From assembly GCF_009914755.1 (NCBI RefSeq), contig NC_060927.1: a DNA stretch of 64,000 nucleotides; one strand, given 5' to 3'. How positions within the stretch are numbered: the stretch's first letter is position 1; every line of letters begins with the position of its first letter. The translations under genes and the position numbers were made by a program. Source of the DNA: the human T2T-CHM13v2.0 reference genome, Homo sapiens. The notes under the pieces are model-generated. The model made no database searches and was not told the origin of the DNA. It was given only the letters and a program-made list of their open reading frames with translations. Shown one piece after another: positions 1-13,190 of the stretch.

Positions 1-27
1 TTGGAAGATTTAATATTGTTAAGATAA

Positions 28-500
28 TGCAGTAAATAGAATAATGGTCCCCAAAAGAATTCTATGTCTAATCTCCAGAACCTGTGAATATGTTACCTTA
101 CCTGGCAAAAGGAACTGGTAGATGTGATAAAGTTATGAAGATTATCTTGGGTTATCTACATGGACCTAATGTAATCACAAGAATCCTTATGAAGGAGACA
201 AAAAGGTCAAAGGCAGAAGAAGGAAATGCGACAAAGAAAGCAGAGGTTGGAATGATATACTTTGCAGATGGAGGAAGGGGCTGTGAGTCAGGAAATACAG
301 GCTGCCTCTAGAAGCTTCAAAGACAAGAAAATGAATACTCCCCTGCAGCCTCCAGAAGTACAGCCCTGCTGACACCTTTATTTTAGCCATATAAGGCACA
401 TTTTGGTATTCTGACTCCCAGAACTGTAAGATAATAAACTTGTATTGTTTTAAACACCCAGTCTGTGAGTTTGTTACAGCAGCAGTAGGAAACTAATATA
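28..500 (+). mobile_element. MLT1-family (ERVL-MaLR) solo LTR inserted in an old L1
   Basis: MLT1-like start (AATAATGGTCCCCAAAAG...AGAACCTGTGAATATGTTACCTTA) and end (TTTGTTACAGCAGCAGTAGGAAACTAATA); L1-like sequence on both sides. Confidence 0.8.
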
Positions 501-740
501 CATGACAATAGTTCCCAAATTAATCTACAAATTCAACACAATCCCTTGCAAAGTCCCAGCTGGCTTTTTTACAGAAATTGACAAACTGATCCTAAAATTC
601 ATATGAAAATGAAAGGGAGAAGCCAAAACAATCCTGAAAAAAAAAAAGAAGAACGTTAAAGGATTTGCACTTTCTGATATCAATCTTATTACAAAGTTGC
701 AGTCATCAAGACTCTGGTACTGACATAAAGAAAGACATAT

Positions 741-842
741 GGGAGGCTGAGGCAGGAGAATGGGGTGAACCCGGGAGGCGGAGCTTGCAGTGAGCCAAGA
801 TCGCACCACTGCACTCCAGCCTGGGCGACAGAGCGAGACTCT
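741..842 (+). mobile_element. AluY-like right-arm fragment without A-tail
   Basis: GGGAGGCTGAGGCAGGAGAATGGGGTGAACCCGGGAGGCGGAGCTTGCAGTGAGC...GAGCGAGACTCTG. Confidence 0.85.
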
Positions 843-1397
843 GGGGATGAAAGACTCTTCTTGCTGTGCAGCCACTGTGGAAAACAGTTTGGAAAAAAAG
901 TTAAACATGGAGTTATCTCATGCTCAACAATTCCACTCCTAGCTATATACCCAAGATAATTGAAAACATATGTCCACACAAAAATGTGTACACAAATGTT
1001 CATAACAGTATTACTCATGATAGCCAAAATGTGAAAACAACCAAAATATCCATTAAGTGCAAGCATGTCAATGAAATGTGGTCTATCCGTACAATGGAAT
1101 ATTATTCAGCCATAAAAAGACTGAAGTACTGACGCATACTACAGCATGGATGAACCTTGAAAACGTTACACTAAGTGAAAGAAACTAGACACAAAAGTTC
1201 GCATGTAATATAATTCATTTTTAATGAAATGTCTAAAATAGGCAAACTTATAGAGACAGAAAGTAGATTAGTGTTTTCTAGGGGATGGGGAGTGGGGAAT
1301 GGGGAGTGACTGGTCATGGGTTTGAGATTTCTTCTGGGGATGATGAAAATATTCTAGAATTCGATAGTGGTGGGAGCTGTACAACTTTGTGAATGTA

Positions 1398-1476
1398 TTT
1401 GATTGGTGTGAAAGTAATTGCGGTTTTGCCATTATTTTTGAAGGCAAAAATCACAATTATTTTCGCACCAATCTAA
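1398..1476. mobile_element. MADE1 (Hsmar1-derived mariner MITE)
   Basis: 79-bp imperfect palindrome TTTGATTGGTGTGAAAGTAATTGCGG...CACAATTATTTTCGCACCAATCTAA flanked by TA on both sides. Confidence 0.9.
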
Positions 1477-1679
1477 TACTAAAACTCACTAAATTATGCA
1501 CTTTAAAGGGTGAATTTTATGGTATGTGAATTACATCTGAAAACTGATGAATGAATAAATGATGTATATGCCTGAGAATGAAATTGCTGGGATATATGGT
1601 AACTCTTTAACTTTTTGAGAAACTGACAAACTTTTCCAAAGTGACTGCACCATTTTACATTCCCACCAACAATGTATGA

Positions 1680-2045
<366 letters not shown>

Positions 2046-2164
2046 CCAAAGACATGTTTTGAAGAGATCCTAGTAGACAAATCCGCAACAAAATCTATAA
2101 GGAACAAATGTAAAATGCTGAGGTTTTCACTGTCTTAGGAGCATGTGTATGTGCTTGTTTGCAG

Positions 2165-2208
2165 GTTTCAGAGAAAATCCATTGATGGAAGCTTTGGGTC
2201 CAATGATG
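2165..2208 (+). CDS. SIDT1: SIDT1 coding exon, (R)FQRKSIDGSFGSND(G); start of the large cytosolic loop after TM1
   Basis: TTTGCAG acceptor, GTAAGA donor; 44 nt; phase continuous with the next exon. Confidence 0.9.
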
Positions 2209-2387
2209 GTAAGAGCAATGCTTGGTTTCAATTCAAAATGGTGTCGCATAGTGTGGCAACATCCCATTTCATGCTTCTTTTACCTCTCTGCCTTTTGCAA
2301 TTTACAAACCCTCCCTTGATTCCTATCCCGCAGAGTAGTCTAGCCTGCAGTTGGAAAGCAAAGCTAGTGAAAACCAATTCTATAGTT

Positions 2388-2700
2388 CAAGAGGTCCCAA
2401 GCCCTAGGCCGTGGACTGGTACTGATCCGTGGCCTGTTAGGAGCTGGGCTGCACAGCAGGAGATGAGTGGCAGGTGAGCAAGTATTACCACCTGAACTCC
2501 ACCTCCGCTCAGATCAGTGGCAGCATTAGATTCTCATAGGACCGCAAACCCTATTGTGAACTGTGCATGCGAGGGATCTGGGTTGCGTGCTCCTTATGAG
2601 AATCTAATGCCATAACCCATCCCCACCCCCGTCTGTGGAAAAATTGTCTTTCATGAAACCAGTCCCTAAATATTGGTGCCAAAAATGTTGGAGACTGCTG
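2388..2700 (+). mobile_element. MER1B (hAT-Charlie) element
   Basis: MER1B-like body (AGATCAGTGGCAGCATTAGATTCTCATAGG); 8-bp TSD CTATAGTT/CTGTAGTT. Confidence 0.85.
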
Positions 2701-4290
2701 CTGTAGTTGATAATTATTGAGACGTGGAGCTCACACTAAAAACCTTTACTAGGAGTGTCCCTTGTAATCACAGATCATTGGTCAGCCATTCATCTTTTTT
2801 AAAAGTTTCACCTTTTCTAGGACATAATTGTTCATACCTGTCCTATCCCAAAGCTGATTTGTGAACAACAGTAAGAATGTATTGTGCCAACTCTGATACA
2901 TGGTTTACTTTTTCCCAAACTAAGATGGAGGCTTTCTTAAGTGTCTAGAAAACTGAAATACTTGACCCTAGCAAGTATAATAAAGAGTATAATAACTTGG
3001 GGGAATCCAGAGTAATTGACTATCCAGCAATTGTACTATGCCTTTTCCTCCACTCTGAGAGTTTGAACAAAAGAATTCAATGACCTGATCTTTTTAACAA
3101 AATTAAAAATTTAAATGTCCTCATTTTTGAAAAACCTAAACTCAGTGCTCATAGGTTATTTGGCATAGAGCAAGAATTTGGTTAAAGAGGAATATGAAGT
3201 GGAACTTGGTTTTTAAGTCATACATAGCAGATGTTTAGGTGTGTGTTTTCCACACTTAAATGAGGCCACAGAATCTTAGAAAGACTTTAACTCACCCCCT
3301 ACCCCCCTCCAGCAGGATCATTGCTCCCTTTGCTGGAGAGTTTGCTTTTTTCTTTTTAATGTTTGTCTTCCTTAATGTCAGCATGCCTGTTTTTCCAGCC
3401 ACCCAAGCACTTTGTTTTATAAACATTCAGCTGTCAATATAAAAGACTGTAAAAGAACACCTGCTCTCGTGGCTTTAAAGTGCTAAATGCTCCTCTCCCT
3501 TTTAGTCGTCAGATGTTTAAATGAATTTGTCTGCTCTCTGGATGTCATCTTTTTTCCTACAGGAAAAAAGTTTTGTGCCTCCAAGTTTTGTGATTAGTTT
3601 AGGCCTAGTTGAACTTAGGCCTACATCCAATCGATTGAATCCCATTGGGTAGCCTCTGAATGGTTAGTCTGTTATTTTTTATAGTATGAGTGAAGTCTTT
3701 TTATTATAATAATATTTATTGAAGGAATTCTGCATTCAGAAGGGTCTGTTGAACATTGAAGCATAAGTGGACAAAGCTGGGACTTGAGCCAGATCATTGT
3801 CCAGGTTCAGGGAGGCTCTGAAAATTAGCTAAGAGCTGGAGGTACCCTTCTGATGGTAAGCGGAAACAAATGAGTGACCAAAAAGAGTAAAGATGCATCA
3901 TTGAGATTCATGTGGCTGTAGGTAACCACAGCAACAAGAAAAAAAAAATCTCAAACCTGCTTAATCAAGAAAGAGACTCCTAGCTCTGGAAGTAGAGCCA
4001 AAAGATGTACTTCAGGATTGATGAGTCCAGTGGCTCTGGTCCATTTCCCTGCCATTCCCTTGGCTTCAATTTACTCCCAGGGCTGGCAGTGACATGGGTC
4101 AAGGCTCACACCTTCACCTGGCAGCACCAGAGGGAAGGACCTTTTAAGAAGCCCTCAGCAACTTCTTGTGTTTCATTGGCCTAGAGTGAATCATACACTT
4201 ATTGTTAAACCAGTCACTGCAAAGAACAGATTTACCTACACATCAGATAAACCTACTTTTAGAATTAAGATTAGGTCCTCTTCTCTAAGA

Positions 4291-4823
4291 CCAGAGTTTC
4301 TCAAACTCAATATTATTGACATTATAGGCCAGATAATTCTTTGTTGTTGGGGGCTATTCTGTATCTTATAGGATGTTTAATAGCATCCTTCACTTCCGTG
4401 CACTAGATTCTAGGAGTTGCCCCTCCTTGGGACAACTAAAAATGCCTCCAGGCTTGGTGCAGTTGCTCATGCCTGTAATCCCAGCATTTGGGGAGGCCGA
4501 GGTTGGAGGATTGTTTGGGCCTAGGAGTTCGAGACCAGCCTAGGCAACATAGTAAGACTTCGTCTTCATAAAAACAAAAAATAAACAAAATTAGGTGGGC
4601 GTGGTGGTGTGCACCTGTGCTCCAGCTACTTCGGAGGCTGCTATGGGAGGATCGCTTGAGCCCAGGATGTTGGGGCTGCAGTGAGCTGAGATCGCACCAC
4701 TGCACTCCAACTTAGGTGACAGAGCAAGACCGTGTCTTAAAAAAAAAAAAAGCCTCCAGACATTGCCAAATGTCTTTTTGGGGGCAAAACTCTTTCCCCA
4801 CATCCCCCTGTTTGAGAACCATG
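4291..4823 (+). mobile_element. MER20 split by an AluJ (~4450-4751, +)
   Basis: MER20 halves (GGCCAGATAATTCTTTGTTG... and ACATTGCCAAATGTC...TTGAGAACCA); Alu TSD AAAAATGCCTCCAG/AAAAAAGCCTCCAG. Confidence 0.85.
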
Positions 4824-6374
4824 GACCTAAACACATGAAGACACCTAAATAACACACCAGCTTAGGTAAGAAGTAGGGAATAGGAATATTCACCACACAA
4901 AAGTCTTGAAATAGGAAGAAAATAAGGAACCTTTGTAAGGTAGAGAGGCCACAGGGAATGATGGCATCACCCCCAATGTCATGACCACTGGTGAGTCAAG
5001 ACCTAGATGCTTAAACCAAGAGCAGAAGACAAGCACTGCCCAAGGGAAGAACCAGTGACTTTTTTAGGCATCTCAAACAGAGCATAGAGAAATCAACCAG
5101 GAGCAAGAGACAGAGGCAAGTAAGGACCATATCTGGAAGCTAGTGACAGACATTCAGGGAAGAAACAAGGATACAGAAATGTCTTTCTCTCCCAAGGCCA
5201 GGATCAGCATGACCATGGGGCACAGGAAGTTCGATGGAGCTCAGAGTTACAGGAAATGCCTTGGGTGCTTATATCCAGAGAAAATGCTAGAAGCAGCTTC
5301 TTAAAGGGGAAGAGGATCCCACTAGACTTAATACGGTCTCTGCCCACATCATTGTGGAGCTAGATATCTGTGGAACTTAGCCTAAGGCTTTCGCCTTAGA
5401 CGTGACTGAAGTGGAAGAAATGGAATCAGGTCCCTACAGGTTGCCAAATTGGTGGCAGCTCTGTTGGAGTTAGGAAGGATGCACTCAGAAAATCTGTGCG
5501 CTACTCTGCATTTGTTTTTCTTTGATATGCCTGAAGTGATTTAATTAAGCTGTATGTGAAAATCTCCATGTTAGCTCCAACTATAATAAAAAGCAAAAAA
5601 ATGTATTTCATACTTCATGGGATGAAGAAGAAGATTAGACCCTGGAGCCTGGGTGAGATGGAAATACTGTTGGCAAAGAGCTGCTCCAGGGGACTTGAAG
5701 GGACTTTTTTACTGTACTATGAATGACTGGACCCTGTATTGTCTAATTATCCTTAATACCAAAGACAGGGCATCTGTGAGAATCTGAGAGGTACTAAGAA
5801 AGGCTCTGTGCTCTAAAACCATTTCCTCCACTGGCTTTATCAGAGAGAAACCCCACATTTCACATCATTGTTAAAGAGCCTCTACAGAAATTCAGTTACC
5901 AGCTGAGAAAAATAATGAAGCCTCCCCAACAGGCCTCTGGGACCCCTTGAGTTGCCACCAGGAACTGGGGTACAACAGAAGAGGAGGTTACTTTCTCAAA
6001 TGCAAGAGCTTGGCAGGCCTAATCGGTTGTAGATTTAAGAACCAAATGGCCAACCCAATCCTTCCCTGGATACAGCCATTACTGAACCAGCCTCTTAGCC
6101 AAGAGCAAGATCTGGTGGAGATAAGACAAGGAGAGTGTTGAATTTGGAGGACTCAAGGAACGCAGGCCATTCAGTGACAAAGGGTCTGAAATTTTAGTCC
6201 TAGATCTCTACTCTTCTTTTTCTAGTTTTCTTGTCCAGCTTTTTCTTCTAGAGGAATTTTACTTTTACATCCATCTGCAAAGATGATGGTTTTCTTCATT
6301 TTTTCTTCAACTATTGAAACAAAACGTGACACTAAGTTGGGATAGGTAGGCAATTGGCATAAAAATAAAATTTT

Positions 6375-6676
<302 letters not shown>

Positions 6677-7653
6677 TCATGCTAGCTAGTTCCCATCATT
6701 TCTGGCTCCCTCTTCAGCTTCCAACCTGCTGAGTCTTCAGAGACATAATGGGACAAGGCAACTATAAATATGAAGTCCCTGAAAGACGCAAACATGCTCA
6801 AAATGAAATGAAATTTTTCTCCTCACATAAGGCATTTACCATAAAAAGCAAGCGTGCAAGCATATCCTGTTCTATGTCAGTGAAGTAGACAGATGCAGGG
6901 GGCTCAAGCTCAGAGAAACACATATCAAAACAAGTTTCCTCATTAAGATGAGATCATTCACAATCGTAAGTGTCTGCTATTTCCAGCCAGAACATCTTGG
7001 TCTGTCTTATAAGCTGATATTTTGTGTTGAATTATGCTTTCTATGTACTATACAGTTAAATATAGATATGGCTTGCCTTCCCAGACCATACTTGACGTTT
7101 AGAAGGAAATGCCTTGGTTTTTGCATTCTTAAAAGGCTTTAGACATAAGCAAAATGAAAAGAATACTGTTATCCCATGTTGGCCAATCTCATATTTAATT
7201 GGTGCATATAAAAGTCCACAGAATGAAAACATTTTTGCATGCTGGCAATGGTATTGCACATGAAAATCTTGGTGCTCTTATCTGTCACAGAACCCATGAT
7301 GTTGCAGCTGCCTCAAAATGAACAGGGCCAGCAACAACATCAAAACCAGATCATGCTCAGTGATGAGCCAGAGCAGAAAACAGAAATCAGTGATTCCTTA
7401 AAGTCTGAACAGACCTACACAGCTGGCTTTGTCTTTTTAGTGAAGTTGTCACCTAACAAAACACTGATTGTTTTTGTTTGTTCACTTGCTTTGATTTTAG
7501 TTTTTGGTTTTTGTTTTTCTTTTGATTACACACACAGACAGAGAACATTGGCTCCCACGAACAATTTCGACCTCCTGCTACAACTGACCTCCAGTATTTT
7601 CTTATACAAACTTCAACTTCCCATATCAGAGGACTTCCAGTGACACCAAAATG

Positions 7654-7835
7654 CACTATGTGCACGTAACATCAAAACATCATGTTGTACATCTTAATAT
7701 ATACAATTAAAAAATCTTTTTTTATAGAAACAAGTTTTCACTGAGACCAATTCAAGGAATCACTATCCATCCACTATCTGAGTGACTGGGCAAATTACTT
7801 GATCTCTCAGCATCTCCCTTTTATCATCTTTAAAA
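7654..7835 (+). repeat. Local duplication, copy 1 (L1 3' end plus MIR-like piece); partner at 9115-9604
   Basis: CACTATGTGCACGTAA...GATCTCTCAGCATCTCCCTTTTATCATCTTTAAAA occurs twice. Confidence 0.85.
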
Positions 7836-8000
7836 CATATGGTAATATTATATGATAAAATATATGGTAAAATATATGATAATATTCTCAGCATTTTGTG
7901 ATTTTAGTGTCATTCTTCATTTACTATTTGCACATTTAATAATTTTCAAAATTACATTTCAAATAAGGGACATAGGTTAGTGACTTAAAATAAGGAGCTT

Positions 8001-8310
8001 AGACCAGGCATGGTGGCTCACACCTGTAATCCCAGCACTTTGGGAGGCCAAGACTGGAGGATTGCTTGAGTCAAGGAGTTGGAGGCCAGCCTCGTCAACC
8101 TAGGGAGATTCTGTCTCTACAAATAATTTTTGAAAAATTAGCCAGGTGTGGTGGCATGACCCTGTGGTCACAGCTACTCAAGAGGCTGAGGCAGGAGGAT
8201 CGCCTGAACCCGGTGGTTGAGGCTACAGTGCGCCATGATTGTGCCACTGCACTCCAGTCTGGGCAACAGAGTGAGACCCAGTCTCAAGAAATAAATAAAT
8301 AAAATAAAAT
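8001..8310 (+). mobile_element. AluJ
   Basis: Diverged dimer; TSD-like AAAATAAGGAGCTT/AAAATAGGGAGCTT. Confidence 0.85.
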
Positions 8311-8704
8311 AGGGAGCTTGAAAAGAGAAAAATGTGAAAGATACTGAGGGGAATGTAAAAGACCTACAACATCATCTAGGAATAAGAGCAACCCAGGGGT
8401 TCCATGAGACTCCCTGCAATAAACTAAACAGAAAGAAGATGCAGGATGACCCACGCCAGTGGGTAATCATTGGCAGGCAGCAGCTGCCAATCTAAAAAGC
8501 AAAAGCTGTGCTTTTTTAAAATGTGAGTTTATTACAGTGGAGATGCAAATGAGCCTCAACCTCTTTGTCTCTTTAGAAAGGTATTCTTGAGCACTATATG
8601 AAAGTAACATATTTACTACCAATTGTTCTTGTTTGAAGGAAAATTCCTGTCTTTTCAGTTAAAAAGATAAGTTTTGTCTAACACAACAGAAGGTTATTCA
8701 GCCT

Positions 8705-9175
8705 TTAAGCAGGATATGCTGCCATTTGCAACAATATGCCTTCCATGGATAAACATGGAGGATGTTATGGTAAGTGGAATACACCAGACACAGAAAGCAA
8801 AGTACTGCATGGTCTCTCTTATATGTGAAATCTTTTAAAAAGTAAAATACATAGAAATAAGGAGTAGAACAGTGAATATCAGGGACAGGGAGTGGGAGGA
8901 AATTAGGAGCTGTAAGTCAAAAGGTACAAATCTGCAGGCAGGTAGGATGAATAAGTCTAGTATACAGTAGGAAGAATATATATAGTTAATAATATTGCAT
9001 TCTATGTTGAAAATTTGTGAAGAGAGTAGATTTTAGGTGCTCTTATAACAACAAAAAAGAGGGAACTATGGAAAGTGATGGATATGTTAATTTGCTTAGC
9101 TATAGCAATCATTTCACTATGTGCACGTAATATCAAAACATCATGTTGTACATCTTAATATATACAATTAAAAAT
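8705..9175 (+). mobile_element. L1MA-type 3' end
   Basis: GCCATTTGCAACAA...AGAGTAGATTTTAGGTGCTCTTA...AAAACATCATGTTGTACA. Confidence 0.75.
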
Positions 9176-9177
9176 CA

Positions 9178-9531
<354 letters not shown>

Positions 9532-10744
9532 CTATCCATCCACTCTCAGAGTGACCAGGCAAATTACATGATCTCTCAGCATCTCCCTTTTATCATCTTT
9601 AAAATGGTGATAATAATATTATCAACCTCCTAGGGTTGTTGAAAATTTAAAAGACTAAATTCCTGGAAAGAATTTAAAAGACTGTCCTACACAGTAAGTC
9701 TGCAATAAACATCAGTCAGTAGTAATAGAGGTAGTACTGGTAGCAGCAGCAGTAGCAGCTGCAGCAGCAAAGCTCTATGCTGTAACTATGGCCAATTCTG
9801 TTCTAAGTCAAAAAGAGTCAGGCAAATTGCACACAACATCTTCACATGGCACTGTTACTGTGCTCGAAAGATTTGATCTCTCATACTTAACAGTCTGAAG
9901 GTAACCTGTTTCTTTGATTTGAAGTTGGTTGAAAAGCATAGATGGTATTGATGACATGTTACATACTTATGGGTCAGCCCAAGAAAGGCCAGGGAACACC
10001 TAATTTCCCTAAATAAGAAGAAATTTATGAGGGGATCTCCAAGCCTAGTAACAGTGCCAGGGAGCATGCATTCTGAGGGCCAAAGTCTGCATTTTGAAGG
10101 CCAAGATCTGTGTGCTAAGGGCCCTGGGAACAGCTTAGGCTGCCAAAAATGCTGCGTTAGCCAGAAGCCTTGCTGTCCAGCTGAGCCAGCTCTTGGCTAA
10201 ACCACCAAAGAAGAAAAGAAATTGGATCTCCAAGGCCATTGCATTAGTCCTTATAATTAAAGTTTAAGTCCAAAACCTGGCTAAAGGTTTTGAGTTTACA
10301 CTTTAATTATTTTTCTTTATGGGGGAAATTAATGGACACATAAAAAATTTAAAACATGCTAAAAACCTACAAAGCTGGCTTACAAAACTGAGTATTTTTA
10401 TTGTCCACCAATGGAAATGATGGCTGTGTTTCAGTAGAACTTATACATAAATACTGAAATTTGAATTTCGTATCATTTTTACCTGTCATGAAACATTATT
10501 CTTCTTTGGATTTTTTCCCCAGTCATTTAAAGGTTTGAAAACTAATCTTAGTTGAAGAGCCATACAGAAACAGGTGGCAGGCTAGATTTGGCAGATGGGT
10601 CATAGTTTTGGTGACTCCTGTATTAGTGTAAAAAGAAAATCAAACCTAAAATAATGTGCCCTGATGATTCAAGCTACTTAGAATAGTGTTGTTTTGTTTT
10701 AGCAACTGGACATAAAGTGTTTGCCTCTTCACTTTTTTTAACAG

Positions 10745-10816
10745 GCTCTGGAAATATGGTGGCATCTCATCCCATTGCTGCCAGCACACCCGAAGGGAGC
10801 AATTATGGGACAATAG
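10745..10816 (+). CDS. SIDT1: SIDT1 coding exon, SGNMVASHPIAASTPEGSNYGTI
   Basis: TTTTTTAACAG acceptor, GTATGT donor; 72 nt, in phase. Confidence 0.93.
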   Translation, partial: ALEIWWHLIPLLPAHPKGAIMGQ

Positions 10817-12161
10817 GTATGTCCTACCAGGTCTGTTCATGAAAGTGTTTCCTAATTCTGCAGAGAATATGATAGAAAGGCATTCCAGCCACTAATAACT
10901 GGGAATGTGGGCAAAGCAGCTATCCTATGAGATTGTCTTTTATTTGTAAGATGAGTTGCTTGGAGATTTGGAAGCTTCCTCCCAGCTCTAACTTTCTCCA
11001 GTTCTGTTGTTCTGTTTCTTGGATCTGCTAGCCCCACTTGGGCAGAATTCCTTCAATGTTTGCCATCTAATACTAAGGCCCCCTAGGGACTTTTTCATAT
11101 CCAGCCCGGGTTTAGGGCATGAAAGATGTGTCCCAGGGAGCCTGACATCAATTGACCAGTTGTTTCATTCTCAGGTTTCAGTGGAGTAAGGGGCGATCAG
11201 AAGACTGAGGCAGTGCTGCAGGTGAACATGGCTGTAGCCTACCAATCCTTCATTTTGGCTGACTTCATAATTGAACCTGCTCACTGCCACCCAGTCGTTC
11301 ACATGGCAAACCCCAGTGTTCCTTAAGTGGGCTGAAAAGAATGGAATCCTAGACCTGTCTTGTTAGAGTAGAAGCTCATTGAGCTGCCTGCCCTTCCATA
11401 TTGCTTGTGGACCTATGAATGGTGCTCTTTAAAATGTCAGTGTAGAGGGACTGGGAATCCTGTATTCCTGCCCTATCATTCTGTAACTTTGAGAAGCATG
11501 TGGGCTCAGTGCAGACTACTTATTTTTAGTTCTGTTAGAACAGGATTTTTAAGAAACCATCTGAACAGAAGAAATAAAGCGGAAGGTAAGCTCAGCTCAT
11601 GTGCCCATCAAGCTGCATAAATCTCCATCTGCTCTGGGAAACATTCATGGGAACAGAAGGATTCTTCTTCCTGAGAATGTTGTTTTCATTATATAATCAT
11701 AGATACAGCATGTGGGTGATTTCTGTGTACAAATACTTTACCCATGAGAAATGTATAGCTGTTAGATATGTGTGGGCTCACACATATATGCAATAGATGC
11801 TATACATAGCGATGTGCATGTGTATTTGTATATATTTATGTTCATATTTTAACATATGAAACATGAAATAGAAGTATAATATTATTTTTGTATCCAAATA
11901 GTTAACAGAGCAGATGCCCTTAGATTCTAATATGTGTTCAGTCCTGAAGATAGCCAAGTTAAATATAAAAACAGGAGAAGAGGAAAAATAAAAGTCCATT
12001 GAGAAGGAATAGAGAGAAAGAACAGGTCTTGTGAATGAGAAGTTCATTTGGATCAACACAGCATTTCCTAGAATGAGTCTGCACTGTGCTTTTTGCAGAG
12101 ACGAATGGGCTCCGTAGGCTCTCCACGGCTTTTGATGGCAGATGAGTTGTCTCTGTTTCAG

Positions 12162-12307
12162 ATGAGTCAAGCTCCAGTCCTGGAAGGCAGATGTCCTCCT
12201 CCGATGGTGGGCCACCGGGCCAGTCAGACACAGACAGCTCCGTGGAGGAGAGCGACTTCGACACCATGCCAGACATTGAGAGTGATAAAAACATCATCCG
12301 GACCAAG
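12162..12307 (+). CDS. SIDT1: SIDT1 coding exon, (D)ESSSSPGRQMSSSDGG...SDFDTMPDIESDKNIIRTK
   Basis: TGTTTCAG acceptor, GTACCC donor; 146 nt; SID-1 family motif D..SDKN..RTK. Confidence 0.95.
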
Positions 12308-13116
12308 GTACCCACTCTGCCTCGCCGTACTCTTTGAGAGGGCAGAAAGTTTGGCAGTAGAATAAACTTCAGCAATACCTCAGTTTCCTTTATTTTGTTT
12401 CCTTCAGGGAAACCCAAATTTCCCAGAAGACTTAAATCAAATGTACCTACAGACTAAAAGCAATACTCTGTTAATTCGCACTTTTTTTTCTCGCGGAAGA
12501 AAGTGAGCACATTAAAGAGCACAGGGCATTAAAACACTCTTAAGGTCTGAAGTGAATGACTGTAGGCAATAAAGAAGGAAGGGATCCAACCAGATTAAAG
12601 AAAAGATTCATTTGAGGGGTGTACTGGGGAAAGCTCCCCGGTTCTGTGCATATCATCTTTCAAAAGGAAAGCTAATTTGTTTCTGGCTTGTGATTATTAT
12701 TTTCTGTCATATCCAGCAAAAGATATGAAGGGGAAACGTACAGTTTCAGCCCTATGTAGTTCAAGAACCACACAGTGGACAGCTCTGAAAGCTGGGAAAT
12801 CAATTCTTGACATGTAAGAAGCACTCAAGACTCCCAATAAGTTGCCCACATCAGCCAATCCTTAATATTCCAAGGAAAATACTAGGGTTTTTATTAAGGT
12901 ATCATGGGAAAAACAACATTAAAAGAAAAGTCTTAAATAATTTTAATCAAGTAAATTTGATTTACTTAATCAAATTTAGTAAATTTGAATAATTGTATCG
13001 CTTGAATAATTTTAACAATTTTAATTTAAATTGAGACATTTGTTATGTTTGCCTTTGTATCTCATGCATAAAGAGCTGAGTACAGTTTTGCATTCTCTTT
13101 TTATTTGGCATTCCAG

Positions 13117-13190
13117 ATGTTCCTTTACCTGTCAGATTTGTCCAGGAAGGACCGGAGAATTGTCAGCAAAAAATATAAAATTTATTTTTG
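13117..13190 (+). CDS. SIDT1: SIDT1 coding exon, MFLYLSDLSRKDRRIVSKKYKIYF(W)
   Basis: TTCCAG acceptor, GTAAGT donor; 74 nt. Confidence 0.95.

Larger units (their letters stand above)
501..1545 (+). mobile_element. Old L1 (L1M-type) ORF2 end/3' UTR fragments, interrupted by an Alu fragment and a MADE1
   Basis: L1 motifs AAATTGACAAACTGATCCTAAAATTCATATG, ACAATGGAATATTATTCAGCCATAAAAAG, GGATGAACCTTGAAAAC. Confidence 0.8.

Noticed and set aside
2145-2477. 110-aa ORF as an independent gene
   Set aside because: Only 2165-2208 is a SIDT1 exon; the rest is intron read-through into MER1B.
3600-3623. Small inverted repeat TAGGCCTA...TAGGCCTA in a repeat-free patch
   Set aside because: An 8-bp stem is expected by chance in 64 kb, and conservation cannot be judged from this sequence alone.
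7239-7643. 134-aa ORF with hydrophobic segments, and a TGATGA...CTGA pair suggesting a C/D snoRNA
   Set aside because: No recognisable homology; hydrophobicity comes from T-rich sequence; the C-D spacing (~45 nt) is short and there is no terminal stem.
11778-12417. Long antisense ORFs over a SIDT1 exon
   Set aside because: Shadow frames of a coding exon plus low-complexity flanks.
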